A stretch of 64,000 nt of DNA from an uncultured virus (IMG/VR IMGVR_UViG_3300025881_001848) (IMGVR_UViG_3300025881_001848); one strand, 5' to 3'. Positions 18,491 to 28,869 are shown, counted from the stretch's first letter. A program made the numbers and translations. Notes: generated by a model not told the origin, from the letters alone.

Positions 18491-18832
18491 ATGGGCAGTA
18501 TTTCCGAGCAAGCTGATTATTTTGCGGCCGTGCTATGGTGCACCCCAATGACCCCTGCTGAAATGCGCAAACACGAGGCGTTTAAAAATCGTTCTGTGGA
18601 CGCTATTATTATGCTGCTTGAACGGCTAGATAGAGTGTACACAAAAGGTGAGCGTTACCATGTAAGCCAGAAGGTCGCTTTACGCTTAGGGGATAGTGTA
18701 TCTGTGCGTGTTGAAGTGAATTGTCGCAAATGCAAAGGTACAGGGATAACGCCGTCACATAGTGTTCTTGGTACTGCGAACTGGCCTTGCGAAAAATGCA
18801 GTGGTGACGGTAAAAAAATATTACGTGAGTAA
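18491..18832 (+). CDS. Hypothetical protein with DnaJ-like CxxCxGxG zinc-finger pair
   Basis: CRKCKGTG...CEKCSGDG. Confidence 0.65.
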   Translation: MGSISEQADYFAAVLWCTPMTPAEMRKHEAFKNRSVDAIIMLLERLDRVYTKGERYHVSQKVALRLGDSVSVRVEVNCRKCKGTGITPSHSVLGTANWPCEKCSGDGKKILRE

Positions 18833-18923
18833 TCAGTACATAAAGTAATAATTGAATAAAAATGATTGACAAATTATGTTATTTTGATAATATAGCTTCA
18901 TACACACAACGGAGCAAATCCCC

Positions 18924-19706
18924 ATGAACACCCTCGACTTTTTCCAGTTGCAATGCCTAACTACAGAGCAGATGATTGCTGCACAATCCCTTGAGATGAA
19001 CTTGCGTTGTTTACGCGGCGAAAAAGGGATGGCGAAAGCGTTGAGACGCATGGAACGGGATTTTCCTTCTCGTGCGGAGCAGTTTAACAGTGATTGGTTT
19101 TGCTCACTTGTGGAGGCTATCACGCCTTTTTACGTGAAGGTAGAGGATACTGATAACGATGATTATGAAAACCCATTTAATGCGTTTATAGAAGCTGCGT
19201 TGTGTACATTAAATGACTCGACATTTGCTTTAATCGGCAAGCTAGATCCAGTGCCTAATCGCCTTGACGAAAAAGAACTCGCCAAGCCTCACATGCAGTG
19301 GGTAGGGCTATTTACCGCGAGAGTAGAGCAATTGAAGGCTGATTTCCCCGAACAAAAAAGACACTGGGTACGCATGAGTCGCATCCATCCTTCATTAAAT
19401 ATCAGTGATGATATGGCATTGTCGTTAAGTATCGACTATTTTGACAGTGATAGTATGACGAGCATGACGTCTATGGATTACGTGAATTGGTACGTTAAGT
19501 CGCGCAGCAACTTTGTGATAGAAAATGAAAGCCTTGACCCTGAACTTAAGGTTCAAATGACCAATACCCTGCATGCATGGTTTAAAAATGATGACCGTGT
19601 TGCCAGCAATGTCAGCTGGTTGTCTAGAAATTATGAATTTCATGCAAAACATGAAGCCTTTATCATCGCGTTTGTTGAGAAGGTGAAAAGCGAGCTAACA
19701 AAGTAG
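18924..19706 (+). CDS. Hypothetical protein
   Basis: Follows repeated promoter (18866); GGAG RBS. Confidence 0.7.
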   Translation: MNTLDFFQLQCLTTEQMIAAQSLEMNLRCLRGEKGMAKALRRMERDFPSRAEQFNSDWFCSLVEAITPFYVKVEDTDNDDYENPFNAFIEAALCTLNDSTFALIGKLDPVPNRLDEKELAKPHMQWVGLFTARVEQLKADFPEQKRHWVRMSRIHPSLNISDDMALSLSIDYFDSDSMTSMTSMDYVNWYVKSRSNFVIENESLDPELKVQMTNTLHAWFKNDDRVASNVSWLSRNYEFHAKHEAFIIAFVEKVKSELTK

Positions 19707-19805
19707 TGGCTCGCCAACAAGCCAAAACCAAATAAAATGATTGACAAAATTATCATAATGAACTACTATGGATACATACCAAGTCAACACACACAAGGCG
19801 GCATT

Positions 19806-20099
19806 ATGACTAAGAAAGAAACAAAATCAACTGAGATGTCCACGGTTATTGAACTAGTGAACAAAAAGTTTGAAGGCATAAAAGCCGTACCGGCCAGTGA
19901 GTTTTATGGTCGTGAATGTAATGGTATTTGGTTCAGAGGCACTGAATCAGCCTCTATTGGTGGCTTACCCGTGTACAATGACTATGTGCATGCCAAGACG
20001 AGCGGAGTTAACCCTAAGCTGGCAGCCTTCTTAACCAAGCACAACTGGTATGGCGAATCCTATGATGCGGGTACGTTAATGGCGTTTGAAGGTTACTAA
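19806..20099 (+). CDS. Hypothetical protein (phage-like)
   Basis: Start moved to ATG 19806 after CACACACAAGG; the track start lies inside the promoter. Confidence 0.7.
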   Translation: MTKKETKSTEMSTVIELVNKKFEGIKAVPASEFYGRECNGIWFRGTESASIGGLPVYNDYVHAKTSGVNPKLAAFLTKHNWYGESYDAGTLMAFEGY

Positions 20100-20148
20100 T
20101 TTAAAATTATATGCGGGAGGTGCGTTCATCTCCCAACTCACTTAAGGA

Positions 20149-20454
20149 ATGAACACGATGGCATTATCATTATACTCTGTAGAGAAGTCAGTTAAGATAT
20201 TGATGGCTGCATTAACGTTAAAAGGTTTCACCTGTACGCTTGAGAAGTTCATTGATGACACTAAAGGTGGCGGATTAGGTGGTTCTTACATAGAGTTAGC
20301 AGTTGAGCGTGACGATAAATGTGAAGTATTTATGTATTACCCTGTCTATGGCAGAACAAGCAAAAACGATTTTTCAGGTCAGGATATAAAGTGGTCTGGC
20401 ATGAAAGCTAAAACGTTGGCTGTAATTGAGGAAACATTCCCAGCAGCCGCATAA
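20149..20454 (+). CDS. Hypothetical protein
   Basis: 101-aa ORF. Confidence 0.65.
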   Translation: MNTMALSLYSVEKSVKILMAALTLKGFTCTLEKFIDDTKGGGLGGSYIELAVERDDKCEVFMYYPVYGRTSKNDFSGQDIKWSGMKAKTLAVIEETFPAAA

Positions 20455-20467
20455 AATTTGTAAAGTA

Positions 20468-20583
20468 GGTTCCCTTCCTTGCGCGTCTGTGTGATGATAA
20501 ACGGGAGCCGCCGAATTAATTTCGACAGTTCACCGGCAGTCCCTCTGAATCCTTGTGTGTGACAACTATGATGAGGGTCTGCC
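20468..20583. ncRNA. Candidate structured small RNA (two hairpins; loop antisense to the CACACACAAGG RBS motif)
   Basis: GGTTCCC(20468-74)/GGGAGCC(20503-09); GGCAGTCCCTC(20535-45)/GAGGGTCTGCC(20573-83); loop contains CCTTGTGTGTG (20551-61). Confidence 0.45.
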
Positions 20584-20796
20584 ACCCACTATTTAAGCAA
20601 GTTATCCTCCCCATGTTGGCAATTTCTGTCCCTGTGCTAATGTATATGTATGCTTTTCAGGCTAGGCGTGAACACTCTTTGAGATGCCGAACTGAATAAA
20701 CCCCCTAAATTGTGTATTTCATTACTGAGATTGCGATTTGTAGTGTTCACAGCAAATTAACCACATGCAATCATATTCATTAATGGAGTAAAGATT

Positions 20797-21402
20797 ATGT
20801 CTTTTTTGACGCCTTTTACAAACGTGTTTAGTGCCACGAAAATAGCCTATAATAAAATTTTTACAAAACCGGTTATCCCCGCTAAGAAATTCTATGAAAA
20901 CCTGCTTGAATCAAGTGTGCCTCAGTTGACGATGATGCTGATTGATGATGAGCAGTTTTATAAACACTCCCGCACGTTTTTAGCCCAGAATCATCGTGAT
21001 CTGTGCACCGAGATTGAAACTGAGGCGCAGTTGGTGGATGGGAACGATCAGCACGTGGCCAAGGTCTATGAGTTTTTAGCTTGTATGATGCGCTGTGTCA
21101 TAGATAGGACGTCCTCTGGCGGTGATCATATGGATATTAACTACCTAATGGATGTGTTTGATATCGATGGTGTGCTGGGCTTGTATGATGATCCCGCAAT
21201 CCATGATGACACTAAAGCAGGGCTGGGTGTGTTTTTAAACAATATTGGCTTTGTGCCGGTTGCCGGTGGAAATTCGATGCCTCTTCAATCCCAGCGAACG
21301 CTTGCGCAGATTGCGTGGCTTACTGACAGCGTGCAAAAGCGCTTGGCATGGTTTAAAGAACTGCATACAGTGATGCAGCAAGTCGCGAGGGGAGCACGAT
21401 GA
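20797..21402 (+). CDS. Hypothetical protein
   Basis: 201-aa ORF, GGAG RBS. Confidence 0.7.
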   Translation: MSFLTPFTNVFSATKIAYNKIFTKPVIPAKKFYENLLESSVPQLTMMLIDDEQFYKHSRTFLAQNHRDLCTEIETEAQLVDGNDQHVAKVYEFLACMMRCVIDRTSSGGDHMDINYLMDVFDIDGVLGLYDDPAIHDDTKAGLGVFLNNIGFVPVAGGNSMPLQSQRTLAQIAWLTDSVQKRLAWFKELHTVMQQVARGAR

Positions 21403-22904
21403 ATTACATGTTAAGTCCGACGAAGTTTGCATGCGTTGCACGTGATTTAATGCTGAATCTGCCAACGTGCTTTGAATACAGTCTGCAAGGCGAAGTTGCC
21501 GCATTTGAAACGTTAAAGGAGGCGATGCCTTTTGCGCAGAGATACCACAGAAAAGTAATCGACCAGGATGGTAAAAAAATGCGTGCTACACATCCAGAGC
21601 TTAAATATTTTTTCGCCGCCCTATATTATCCAGATCGAGGCGCACGCTTAACCGCGTCTATTTTGGGTCTTGATGACGACGTATTTCTCTTTAGTACGTT
21701 TTCTGGAAATAGCACTAAGCACGGTCATCAGTTCCTGATGGATATGGTGCAAATAGTGTTAGCCGACACTGCGCTCCATGATGAAATTCTGAAATGGCAA
21801 TCACTTTATTATGGTGCAACGCTTGATAATCCTTCGCCAGAATTCCACCGTATTAGAGATGAGGTTGAGCAACCCGCAGCTGACGCCATCCTATGGCAGT
21901 TGCTTCAAGAGGTGAATGAGAAGGGCAGTCATTTAATGCCCAGAGATATTCAATATGCGTTCACACAAAAAGGCATTAAAGAAGTCGTGAAAAGAATGGG
22001 GCACCGACCCAAAGAACAGGCATTGGTGACGCAAGTGATCAACGCAAGTTTGAATGAGTTACCACCTGATCTAAGTAGTGGTTACCAAAATGATGGCGTG
22101 TCCACCGGCACGTTTGTTGATTGCGCGTTATTGGCTATGCATACTGCCGATCTACACGTAAAAATATTTAAAGCGATGAGTTCACTTGTGACGTGCGTGA
22201 ATATTTCAGAGAGTATTTTCAAGTTGGCTACGCGCAGGCTTCAAGGGGTGCTTGCGCAGCTTTACCCTGAAACTAAGATAGGCTACAACAAGTGTTTACA
22301 GGTGCTATCTAAGAGTTTATTTTCTGTTAGTTATGAAGAGGCCAAGATGGTGGATTTACCCGTCGCCAGTGACGAAGAAATTTCAGAAATGCTGATCTTA
22401 TTGCTCAAAGACTTTGAGCATTTTTGTTTTGATAAAATGACAAACATGCCGGTTAAACTGAACGATATTAAGATGAGTCAGCTGGTACGTTCAATTAAAA
22501 AACAAAGCCGCCTTGTGAATAGACTGGTGCAGTATTGTAATTACCATCGCGAAGAAGAGGGCAGTATGTTTTATGGCAGGAGAAGAGCGGTTGTTAGCTC
22601 TATGGTGATGCTGTTTCGTAACGATTTTGTCGAGGGCGTGTTCGAAAAGTCATTTGACGCGGTGCAGCCATTGCTGCATGCAGAGGCATTTGTTTCAGTC
22701 GCTGAGGATGTGTCTATCAAGCCCGTTAAGCGCGTATTTATGGCTGAGGTGGTAAACAACCTACCGTGGGCGTCTAATGCTGAGGGCGAGCGTTTGAGGG
22801 AATATTCATCAAAGGCGATGGAGATGCTGGACGATACACTGTATTTGCCCAGACTCAACCTTTCGGTGAGCCGTGAAGTGTACAAATTAATGGTAAAAAA
22901 TTAA
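21399..22904 (+). CDS. Hypothetical protein with internal small helical (glyoxalase-superfamily-annotated-like) module
   Basis: 501 aa; KLATRRLQGVL...GYNKCLQVLSKSLF segment; ATGA overlap with the upstream gene. Confidence 0.7.
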   Translation: MNYMLSPTKFACVARDLMLNLPTCFEYSLQGEVAAFETLKEAMPFAQRYHRKVIDQDGKKMRATHPELKYFFAALYYPDRGARLTASILGLDDDVFLFSTFSGNSTKHGHQFLMDMVQIVLADTALHDEILKWQSLYYGATLDNPSPEFHRIRDEVEQPAADAILWQLLQEVNEKGSHLMPRDIQYAFTQKGIKEVVKRMGHRPKEQALVTQVINASLNELPPDLSSGYQNDGVSTGTFVDCALLAMHTADLHVKIFKAMSSLVTCVNISESIFKLATRRLQGVLAQLYPETKIGYNKCLQVLSKSLFSVSYEEAKMVDLPVASDEEISEMLILLLKDFEHFCFDKMTNMPVKLNDIKMSQLVRSIKKQSRLVNRLVQYCNYHREEEGSMFYGRRRAVVSSMVMLFRNDFVEGVFEKSFDAVQPLLHAEAFVSVAEDVSIKPVKRVFMAEVVNNLPWASNAEGERLREYSSKAMEMLDDTLYLPRLNLSVSREVYKLMVKN

Positions 22905-22937
22905 ATGGTAAGGGGCGTTATGCCCCTAGTATCACTA

Positions 22938-23288
22938 TTATTGTTTCACCAGTTGGCGGATCTTCTTCACACAAGCTGTCCACAACGAGTCTTTAGCCGG
23001 TGCTACCGTTTTAATTTCTTGTCTATCGATATAATCAACAAACCCCATTGCATAGCAATCATCAATGCGGGGATCGCTATCGACCATATCATTATAGGCT
23101 TGTTGCGCCTCTTCGCTATTATCAAGTGGAAAGAATTTCTTGAGCGCAAACTCATCATCTCCTCTGACAATCAGGATGATGCGACTATCATCAATTTTAC
23201 ATGACATAACGGTCACGAGCACTTTGTTGCGGTTTATGTTCGGGAACCAGTAATCAGTCGTATTGACCATTTTGCTTTGCTGTTGCAT
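22938..23288 (-). CDS. Hypothetical protein
   Basis: Coupled (TGATG) to the upstream minus-strand gene. Confidence 0.6.
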   Translation of the reverse strand: MQQQSKMVNTTDYWFPNINRNKVLVTVMSCKIDDSRIILIVRGDDEFALKKFFPLDNSEEAQQAYNDMVDSDPRIDDCYAMGFVDYIDRQEIKTVAPAKDSLWTACVKKIRQLVKQ

Positions 23289-23935
23289 CAGTGTCCCTTC
23301 CATAATTGACAGTAAACATCGTTGCAGCCTTCAAAATCATGGGGGTTATGTTGCCAGTGAATTTTGCCACAGCCTTCACAATTAAATTGCGTCTTTGGGT
23401 TGGCTTTGCGTCTTTTACGCAGTTTTTCACTAGCCGGTATCCGAATGCCAGCACCTTGTACCATGGTGCGTCTGTTAAAATTTTTCATATCAAACGTTTG
23501 GCGCTTAACCTTGTCGGCAGCATCAAAGGGTAAATATACAATATAGTCGTCTTCGTTGGCGTCTACATCATCAGGTGAGAATGTGGTTGCTTGGGTGAAA
23601 TCAAGGCTGCGCTCGCCTTCTGTGTACCAGTAGACATCATTCCCATTCCAATTTCCGCGCCTAAAGGCCACGTATTTTTCGCACCCCTCTACTTTGGCTG
23701 TTTCAGTTGGGATGTATTGGCAATCCACTTTCCATATAAGTTGTGCATCAACGTGATCCGCTGACATAGGAACATCAAAGCTTCTACCGCCTTCGTATGC
23801 GCGTTGCGCTTGTTCTAGAGTGTATGTTCGTGCTTTGCTAACATCCGTAGGGTAGCCGGTGCCGTTTTCGCCATGAAAGGCGATATTGGTGCCAACTGTG
23901 TCACGAAGACACGCTAAATAGAATCTTGATTTCAT
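23288..23935 (-). CDS. Phage-like hypothetical protein with C-terminal CxxC...C
   Basis: Start moved to ATG 23935 (AGGAACACAC); internal repeat GNDVYW / GTNIAF. Confidence 0.7.
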   Translation of the reverse strand: MKSRFYLACLRDTVGTNIAFHGENGTGYPTDVSKARTYTLEQAQRAYEGGRSFDVPMSADHVDAQLIWKVDCQYIPTETAKVEGCEKYVAFRRGNWNGNDVYWYTEGERSLDFTQATTFSPDDVDANEDDYIVYLPFDAADKVKRQTFDMKNFNRRTMVQGAGIRIPASEKLRKRRKANPKTQFNCEGCGKIHWQHNPHDFEGCNDVYCQLWKGH

Positions 23936-24065
23936 GTGTGTTCCTTTCTTTAATAGCTCTATTTTATCAAAATGAAGTGATTTGTCAATCAAATATTCTA
24001 ATATTTTATTGTTTGAATCAAATTAGTGATCGTCATGGCGATAATGAAAAGTTGGTAAAGAATTG

Positions 24066-24093
24066 TTGACTTAATCGTGTACACGATTATAAT
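24066..24093 (+). promoter_or_regulatory. Sigma70 promoter with palindromic operator TAATCGTGTACACGATTA in the spacer
   Basis: TTGACT-N16-TATAAT; same core at 26179 and 27653. Confidence 0.75.
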
Positions 24094-24122
24094 TAGCGTA
24101 TATTTAAAAGTAAAGGCTACAG

Positions 24123-25907
24123 ATGAAAAAACATCGCTTGTACACTTTGTACTTCTCGATATGTGCAAATTTAGTAATTGATCATGACGAATTGCTTGCA
24201 TATAAAGATGAGGCACTAGCTACGTTGGCTAAAAAACTGAATATAGACCCTGATAAGTTACCTCGTGCACTTCACGCGTTAGTGGTAGGTGATTCGGCTG
24301 CTTACGCCGTTGATGAATCCATTATTGATGAACTTGTGTGTGGTTGTAGCATTGATAATGCCGAGATATTTAAAGACCCAACTGTTAGGGGTGGTTTTTT
24401 AGATGGGGCTATTCTAGTTGAGCGGCTAAGGGGTGAAAGCGAGGCATCACTTTACTCTGGATATGGCACAATTACTTTTGTGATCAACGCGGATGAAACA
24501 AGATGGATAGAAAACGAATGGATCAACATTGGGGCGCATAACTACAAACTAGTATCATGTGAAGATTTTGAGTCTGAGATGACCATGACAGAAGATGAGT
24601 ACATTAAATACATTGAGTCTGATGATGAGGAAACGCGGCATCCAGAACCTGAAGAGTTTTACCGCAATCTAAGTGCATTGGCAGAAAGTGGGTTTTATAT
24701 TTTCATTGATGCTATTGGGGAAGTAGAGCATGCGTGCTTTTTCTCATTTGACAACCCCTGTAAATATCTTAGTGTCGCCTTTATCCTTTCCTTAAATAAA
24801 GCCGAAGGCAGTAGCGAAGTCGTTATTGACTCGCGACCATTTTTGGAGTTATTCACCTATTACGACTGTGATCACATGATCCAATTAGACAGGTGTTTAG
24901 TTACTATTGTGGAGAAGCTTAAACAGAATGAATTCCTTCCTAAAATGCGGGTTCATCATAACGCTTTTTCTGTAGGCACGTGTTTTCAGCAACTGTTCTG
25001 GTTTGAGGGCGAAGCCATTACCAATGAAAAAACTGGCGGTGCCATTTCTGCCAATTTGCTAGCGAGGCACCTAAAGAAAATAGGGACAACTTCACTGTCC
25101 AGAAACTCACTTATCTCTATAGTAAACGGCTCTCATTTAACTTACGCCATTAGCGCATTCAACCAGTACAATATATGCGTTGCGAAATTTCAAATTGAAT
25201 TCTACTCGAATGAGGGTGTTGACACCTTCCAAGAATGGCTTGATGAAGTACTCTCACTCTCAGGTGTTGATAGTATTAGTGTTAGCAATGAATGGGAGTT
25301 CCAGTGGCATTTTGAAGAAGTCACTGTTCACCCTAAATCTTTTGAGGACATGCTTTTCACTAAGTTTAGTAGTGTGAAAAAATCACCAGTACAAGTTGCT
25401 GGGTTTACATTTTTTTGTGAGGGTATGGATAATTACGAGTTCAATATGGATCAAACCCCGATAAAGTGGTTGTTAGGGGACAATGTAGCAAGCCATAAAG
25501 TTGAAGCTTTCATTACACCACTACTACTTATCCCTACCGATATCGCAGAAAACATCCACGTTCGGATAAAGAACGGTATTGAGCAACAATTCTACGGCAA
25601 TTTTCCCACGGAAGAAGAGTTCTTAAGTGTTTGCGAAGAGACCCGCAAACTAACGGCTCAGCACTTACAAGCTAGTCCTGATGGAAGCCCGTATCAATTC
25701 ACTGTGTTTGTTGTTTTAAATACCTCTAATCGAGAAATGTTTGAGTTGTTAAATGCGGTTACCTCCTCAGAATTTTTTGATGATGAAAATAGTGTTGGCA
25801 ATGCAATACTCGCTCAGCACTTCTCTAAGGAAATAGGTGATCACTACAACTTAAAAGGCGTGAGGGGAGCCTACGCCTATTCTACATATGTCTACGAGGA
25901 TATGTAG
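24123..25907 (+). CDS. Large acidic hypothetical protein
   Basis: 594-aa ORF; no family recognised. Confidence 0.75.
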   Translation: MKKHRLYTLYFSICANLVIDHDELLAYKDEALATLAKKLNIDPDKLPRALHALVVGDSAAYAVDESIIDELVCGCSIDNAEIFKDPTVRGGFLDGAILVERLRGESEASLYSGYGTITFVINADETRWIENEWINIGAHNYKLVSCEDFESEMTMTEDEYIKYIESDDEETRHPEPEEFYRNLSALAESGFYIFIDAIGEVEHACFFSFDNPCKYLSVAFILSLNKAEGSSEVVIDSRPFLELFTYYDCDHMIQLDRCLVTIVEKLKQNEFLPKMRVHHNAFSVGTCFQQLFWFEGEAITNEKTGGAISANLLARHLKKIGTTSLSRNSLISIVNGSHLTYAISAFNQYNICVAKFQIEFYSNEGVDTFQEWLDEVLSLSGVDSISVSNEWEFQWHFEEVTVHPKSFEDMLFTKFSSVKKSPVQVAGFTFFCEGMDNYEFNMDQTPIKWLLGDNVASHKVEAFITPLLLIPTDIAENIHVRIKNGIEQQFYGNFPTEEEFLSVCEETRKLTAQHLQASPDGSPYQFTVFVVLNTSNREMFELLNAVTSSEFFDDENSVGNAILAQHFSKEIGDHYNLKGVRGAYAYSTYVYEDM

Positions 25908-25944
25908 TTAAGTTTGGTAACATATTAATACTGAATAGAGGTGT

Positions 25945-26172
25945 TTGAAAGTGACTGACAAAAAAGAGAAGGCTTCAAAAGACATTGCGTACAATAAGAA
26001 GCGTAAGCCGCTTTTTCGGGTTGAAGTATCAACGGCTGATACTGTCGAAGATGTGGAAGAAATGGAGCAGATGAAAGCTGACCTTATTGCTAAATCAAAG
26101 ACAGCTAAACAAGGCGTTATTGATATGTATAAGTTCGCCAAAAAGAACGGGTACTTTGATGATGACGATTGA
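25945..26172 (+). CDS. Small charged protein, possibly DNA-binding
   Basis: GAGGTG RBS, TTG start; flanked by TCGTGTACACGA promoters. Confidence 0.6.
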   Translation: MKVTDKKEKASKDIAYNKKRKPLFRVEVSTADTVEDVEEMEQMKADLIAKSKTAKQGVIDMYKFAKKNGYFDDDD

Positions 26173-26197
26173 TTTATATCGTGTACACGAGTATACT
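26169..26197 (+). promoter_or_regulatory. Sigma70 promoter with TCGTGTACACGA operator
   Basis: TTGATT-TATATCGTGTACACGAG-TATACT. Confidence 0.7.
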
Positions 26198-26462
26198 GTT
26201 TGGTATAGAAGTTAGGTGCCCTACGTAAAAAAACACAGGGCAGCAATTCACTTAACGGTCACCAGAGGAATAGACAAATTATGCAGTCAGTCGAAATTAA
26301 CGGCAATAAAATAGAGCACATAAATGGTAGGTTCATCATAAATGGAATAGATTCAGGAACAGGAAAACCAACTCTTGCACTTATTGGGCAATTAATGCTT
26401 TCTGGTGCGATTATTGGTTTCGGAATATGTTTTATTTTCTTCACTTAAATTAAGGGTAAATT

Positions 26463-26750
26463 TTGGCTGGTAAAATAAAGACAAAGCTTGCCGCGCAGAT
26501 TGTAAATATGCTTAAGGATAAAGGCGCAGTTGAATTCGACCCCAATATAATTAAGTCTCAGCCTAATGGCGGCTCTTTAGCATGCGATTGGGCTGTTTGG
26601 CATTGCCTAGTTCCTACGGAATATGGAATTAAAATAGAGGTTTTCGGTTGGGACACCATGACAGAATGTGTCAAACATGGAATTCATTGCAAAAATGTAA
26701 AAGGGTTTTACGATGTTTATGCAAAAGTAAAAGATTCAAACGAGGAATGA
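26463..26750 (+). CDS. Hypothetical protein
   Basis: 95-aa ORF. Confidence 0.55.
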   Translation: MAGKIKTKLAAQIVNMLKDKGAVEFDPNIIKSQPNGGSLACDWAVWHCLVPTEYGIKIEVFGWDTMTECVKHGIHCKNVKGFYDVYAKVKDSNEE

Positions 26751-26754
26751 ACTT

Positions 26755-27300
26755 ATGAACAGCCGCAAATCCTATGAAGAAAGTATTTTTATTAAAGAGT
26801 TTCTATTCGAGTTTTTATTTGCTGATGGCTTTTCAGATTGCGCTGTCAATTATCTTTATGGCTTCTCAACAATCATCAATACCCTGGGGACTCCTTCAAA
26901 TGTAAATATTGCAGTAGATTGTGGACTTGCGAAGGTAAAATTTAAGGTGGTAGGGAATAGAGAGCGCTTAGAAGAAATAGAAAAATTGTTCGTGCTCTAC
27001 ATTCGATTGCCTGAAATGACCTTTGAATCAGTGCCAAAATCAAATCCCGAACATCAAATTTTTCAGCGAATTATTGAAGATCTGGTTAATGGTTACAAGC
27101 GACAATTTAATTGTATGGCGGAGTTCTTTAGGTTGCATGATGAAAAAACGCCTGATCATCCAACCATGCTTTTAAATTCACGATATAAGTGTGATAACTT
27201 TTTATCAGAGAAAGGTAAAAAATATTCAGTGAATACCGAGTTTTCTTTTTATCGCAATGATTTTCCTTTATCGGAAATTTTTATTATTAATGACAATTAA
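26755..27300 (+). CDS. Hypothetical protein
   Basis: 181-aa ORF, GAGGA RBS. Confidence 0.65.
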   Translation: MNSRKSYEESIFIKEFLFEFLFADGFSDCAVNYLYGFSTIINTLGTPSNVNIAVDCGLAKVKFKVVGNRERLEEIEKLFVLYIRLPEMTFESVPKSNPEHQIFQRIIEDLVNGYKRQFNCMAEFFRLHDEKTPDHPTMLLNSRYKCDNFLSEKGKKYSVNTEFSFYRNDFPLSEIFIINDN

Positions 27301-27642
27301 GGAGTAAATTCTAGTGGCTTGTTGGCAAATTAACGTAGGCGTGCAGCCAGTTAACGCGGTAAGTGTGGACTTAAGGGTTGTGAGATGTGGTGAGGTTGAA
27401 TACTTGGTCGATCAAGACCCTAATGATTATTACTGGGAACACCATGAAAAAGGATACATTGACAAATTTAAAATTGTAAACCACCTTCACTAATAAACAG
27501 CAATCCTACATACACATTAATCCGAAAAATAAATTCATTTTGATAAAAAACACATCGGATGTTGTGTTTTTTATTGAGTCTGGCACATTAAGTTGCTGTA
27601 TATGACTTAATGCGATTTTTTGTGGGAGGTATAAAGTAACAC

Positions 27643-27671
27643 TTTACTTATATCGTGTACACGAGTATAAT
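27643..27671 (+). promoter_or_regulatory. Sigma70 promoter with TCGTGTACACGA operator
   Basis: TTTACT-TATATCGTGTACACGAG-TATAAT. Confidence 0.7.
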
Positions 27672-27707
27672 TATTGTATTAGGTGTTGAGCAAATTACTG
27701 CAACAGA

Positions 27708-28088
27708 GTGATAATTATGAGCATAGATTTTTCTGGAAATAAAATAACAAAGATTAACCAAATGGATTTTTTAAACAAATCCGTGCTTTCTTGTGAAAAA
27801 GAGAATGCAGAGGTTATCACTAGCTTAGTTGCTGAATTGCTTGAGCGCATTAAACATCACAGTGCAGCTATAAAATCATTAGTTTTGATTACTGAAGGTG
27901 AATATGACGACCATATTTCGCTTTACTGCTGGTGCACTGAAACCCATGGGTTTTTGGTTTCAAAAAGTGCTAACAATTCATATAGTACTTTTATTGTTGA
28001 TGCGACAGACTATAAGGATAATCACTTTGTCAGTCAAAGCCAACTTGATGCAGAGTCGAGGAAGCACATTTTTTCACAGGCTAAATGA
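27708..28088 (+). CDS. Hypothetical protein
   Basis: First gene after the operator promoter. Confidence 0.6.
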   Translation: MIIMSIDFSGNKITKINQMDFLNKSVLSCEKENAEVITSLVAELLERIKHHSAAIKSLVLITEGEYDDHISLYCWCTETHGFLVSKSANNSYSTFIVDATDYKDNHFVSQSQLDAESRKHIFSQAK

Positions 28089-28139
28089 CTTGAGCTGGAA
28101 CGATTATTTACGCAACTTTGGTATTAAGGAATAGTTGAT

Positions 28140-28382
28140 ATGGCTTATAAAGCTTCGAAGGATAACTGTAAGATTGTCAGAGACGATGAAGACTATATAG
28201 GCAAGGTGCTAGTTGTAGAAGGAGATAATCCTGATAATATTGTTTTTCATTTGCAAGATTCATTTTCCGACGAGCAGGTTTGGGAAGTTTTTAGCTTAAT
28301 CCAAAAAGCCGTCTCATTTGGCCACAGAAGCGGCGAGAAAGACAAAGCTGATGAGATCAGAAAAGCTTTATCAATTGAATGA
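28140..28382 (+). CDS. Hypothetical protein
   Basis: AAGGA RBS. Confidence 0.65.
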   Translation: MAYKASKDNCKIVRDDEDYIGKVLVVEGDNPDNIVFHLQDSFSDEQVWEVFSLIQKAVSFGHRSGEKDKADEIRKALSIE

Positions 28383-28400
28383 CACCGGAGGAATAAACCT

Positions 28401-28670
28401 ATGATTATTTGGCAAGATAAACCTAAAGCTATAATCAAGCGAAAAGGTGTTCATTGTGTAAGAAAAGGCCAATCGAAGTTAAAAGTAAAGTCAGGTTTTT
28501 TCAAAGACTGTGGCGACATCCCTGTTGCCTCAATATCTGGTGATGGCTCTTTAGTCTTGGTTGTAAATACTCGTGGCAATGCTTATGCTCACAGAAATGC
28601 GCTTCGCTACAGAAATAAAAAACTTAGAAAAGCCACAAGACAGCTAAATGTGGAGAAAAGTGATGTTTAA
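28401..28670 (+). CDS. Hypothetical basic protein
   Basis: GGAGGA RBS. Confidence 0.6.
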   Translation: MIIWQDKPKAIIKRKGVHCVRKGQSKLKVKSGFFKDCGDIPVASISGDGSLVLVVNTRGNAYAHRNALRYRNKKLRKATRQLNVEKSDV

Positions 28671-28866
28671 AGAAGGGCAGAGGCTCAAATTCGTTAAACT
28701 GCATGGATCCATGAACAAGAATCTAAAAACCCTTGTTGGTAAGCAATGTATCGCTATCGCTGATTCTTACAGTTATGGAAAAACTCTTGTGACATTCACT
28801 GGCGAACAAATGAAGCCATCTTTCAACATCGCCAATGAGCGACTTGAAATAGCACCTGAGGAGTAA
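28663..28866 (+). CDS. Hypothetical protein
   Basis: GGAG RBS before ATG 28663 (MFKEGQRL). Confidence 0.55.
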   Translation: MFKEGQRLKFVKLHGSMNKNLKTLVGKQCIAIADSYSYGKTLVTFTGEQMKPSFNIANERLEIAPEE

Positions 28867-28869
28867 GCC

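Noticed and set aside
20379..20585. 68-aa minus-strand ORF over the candidate sRNA
   Set aside because: GTG start without a clear RBS, overlaps the convergent gene 20149..20454, and the hairpins explain the sequence better
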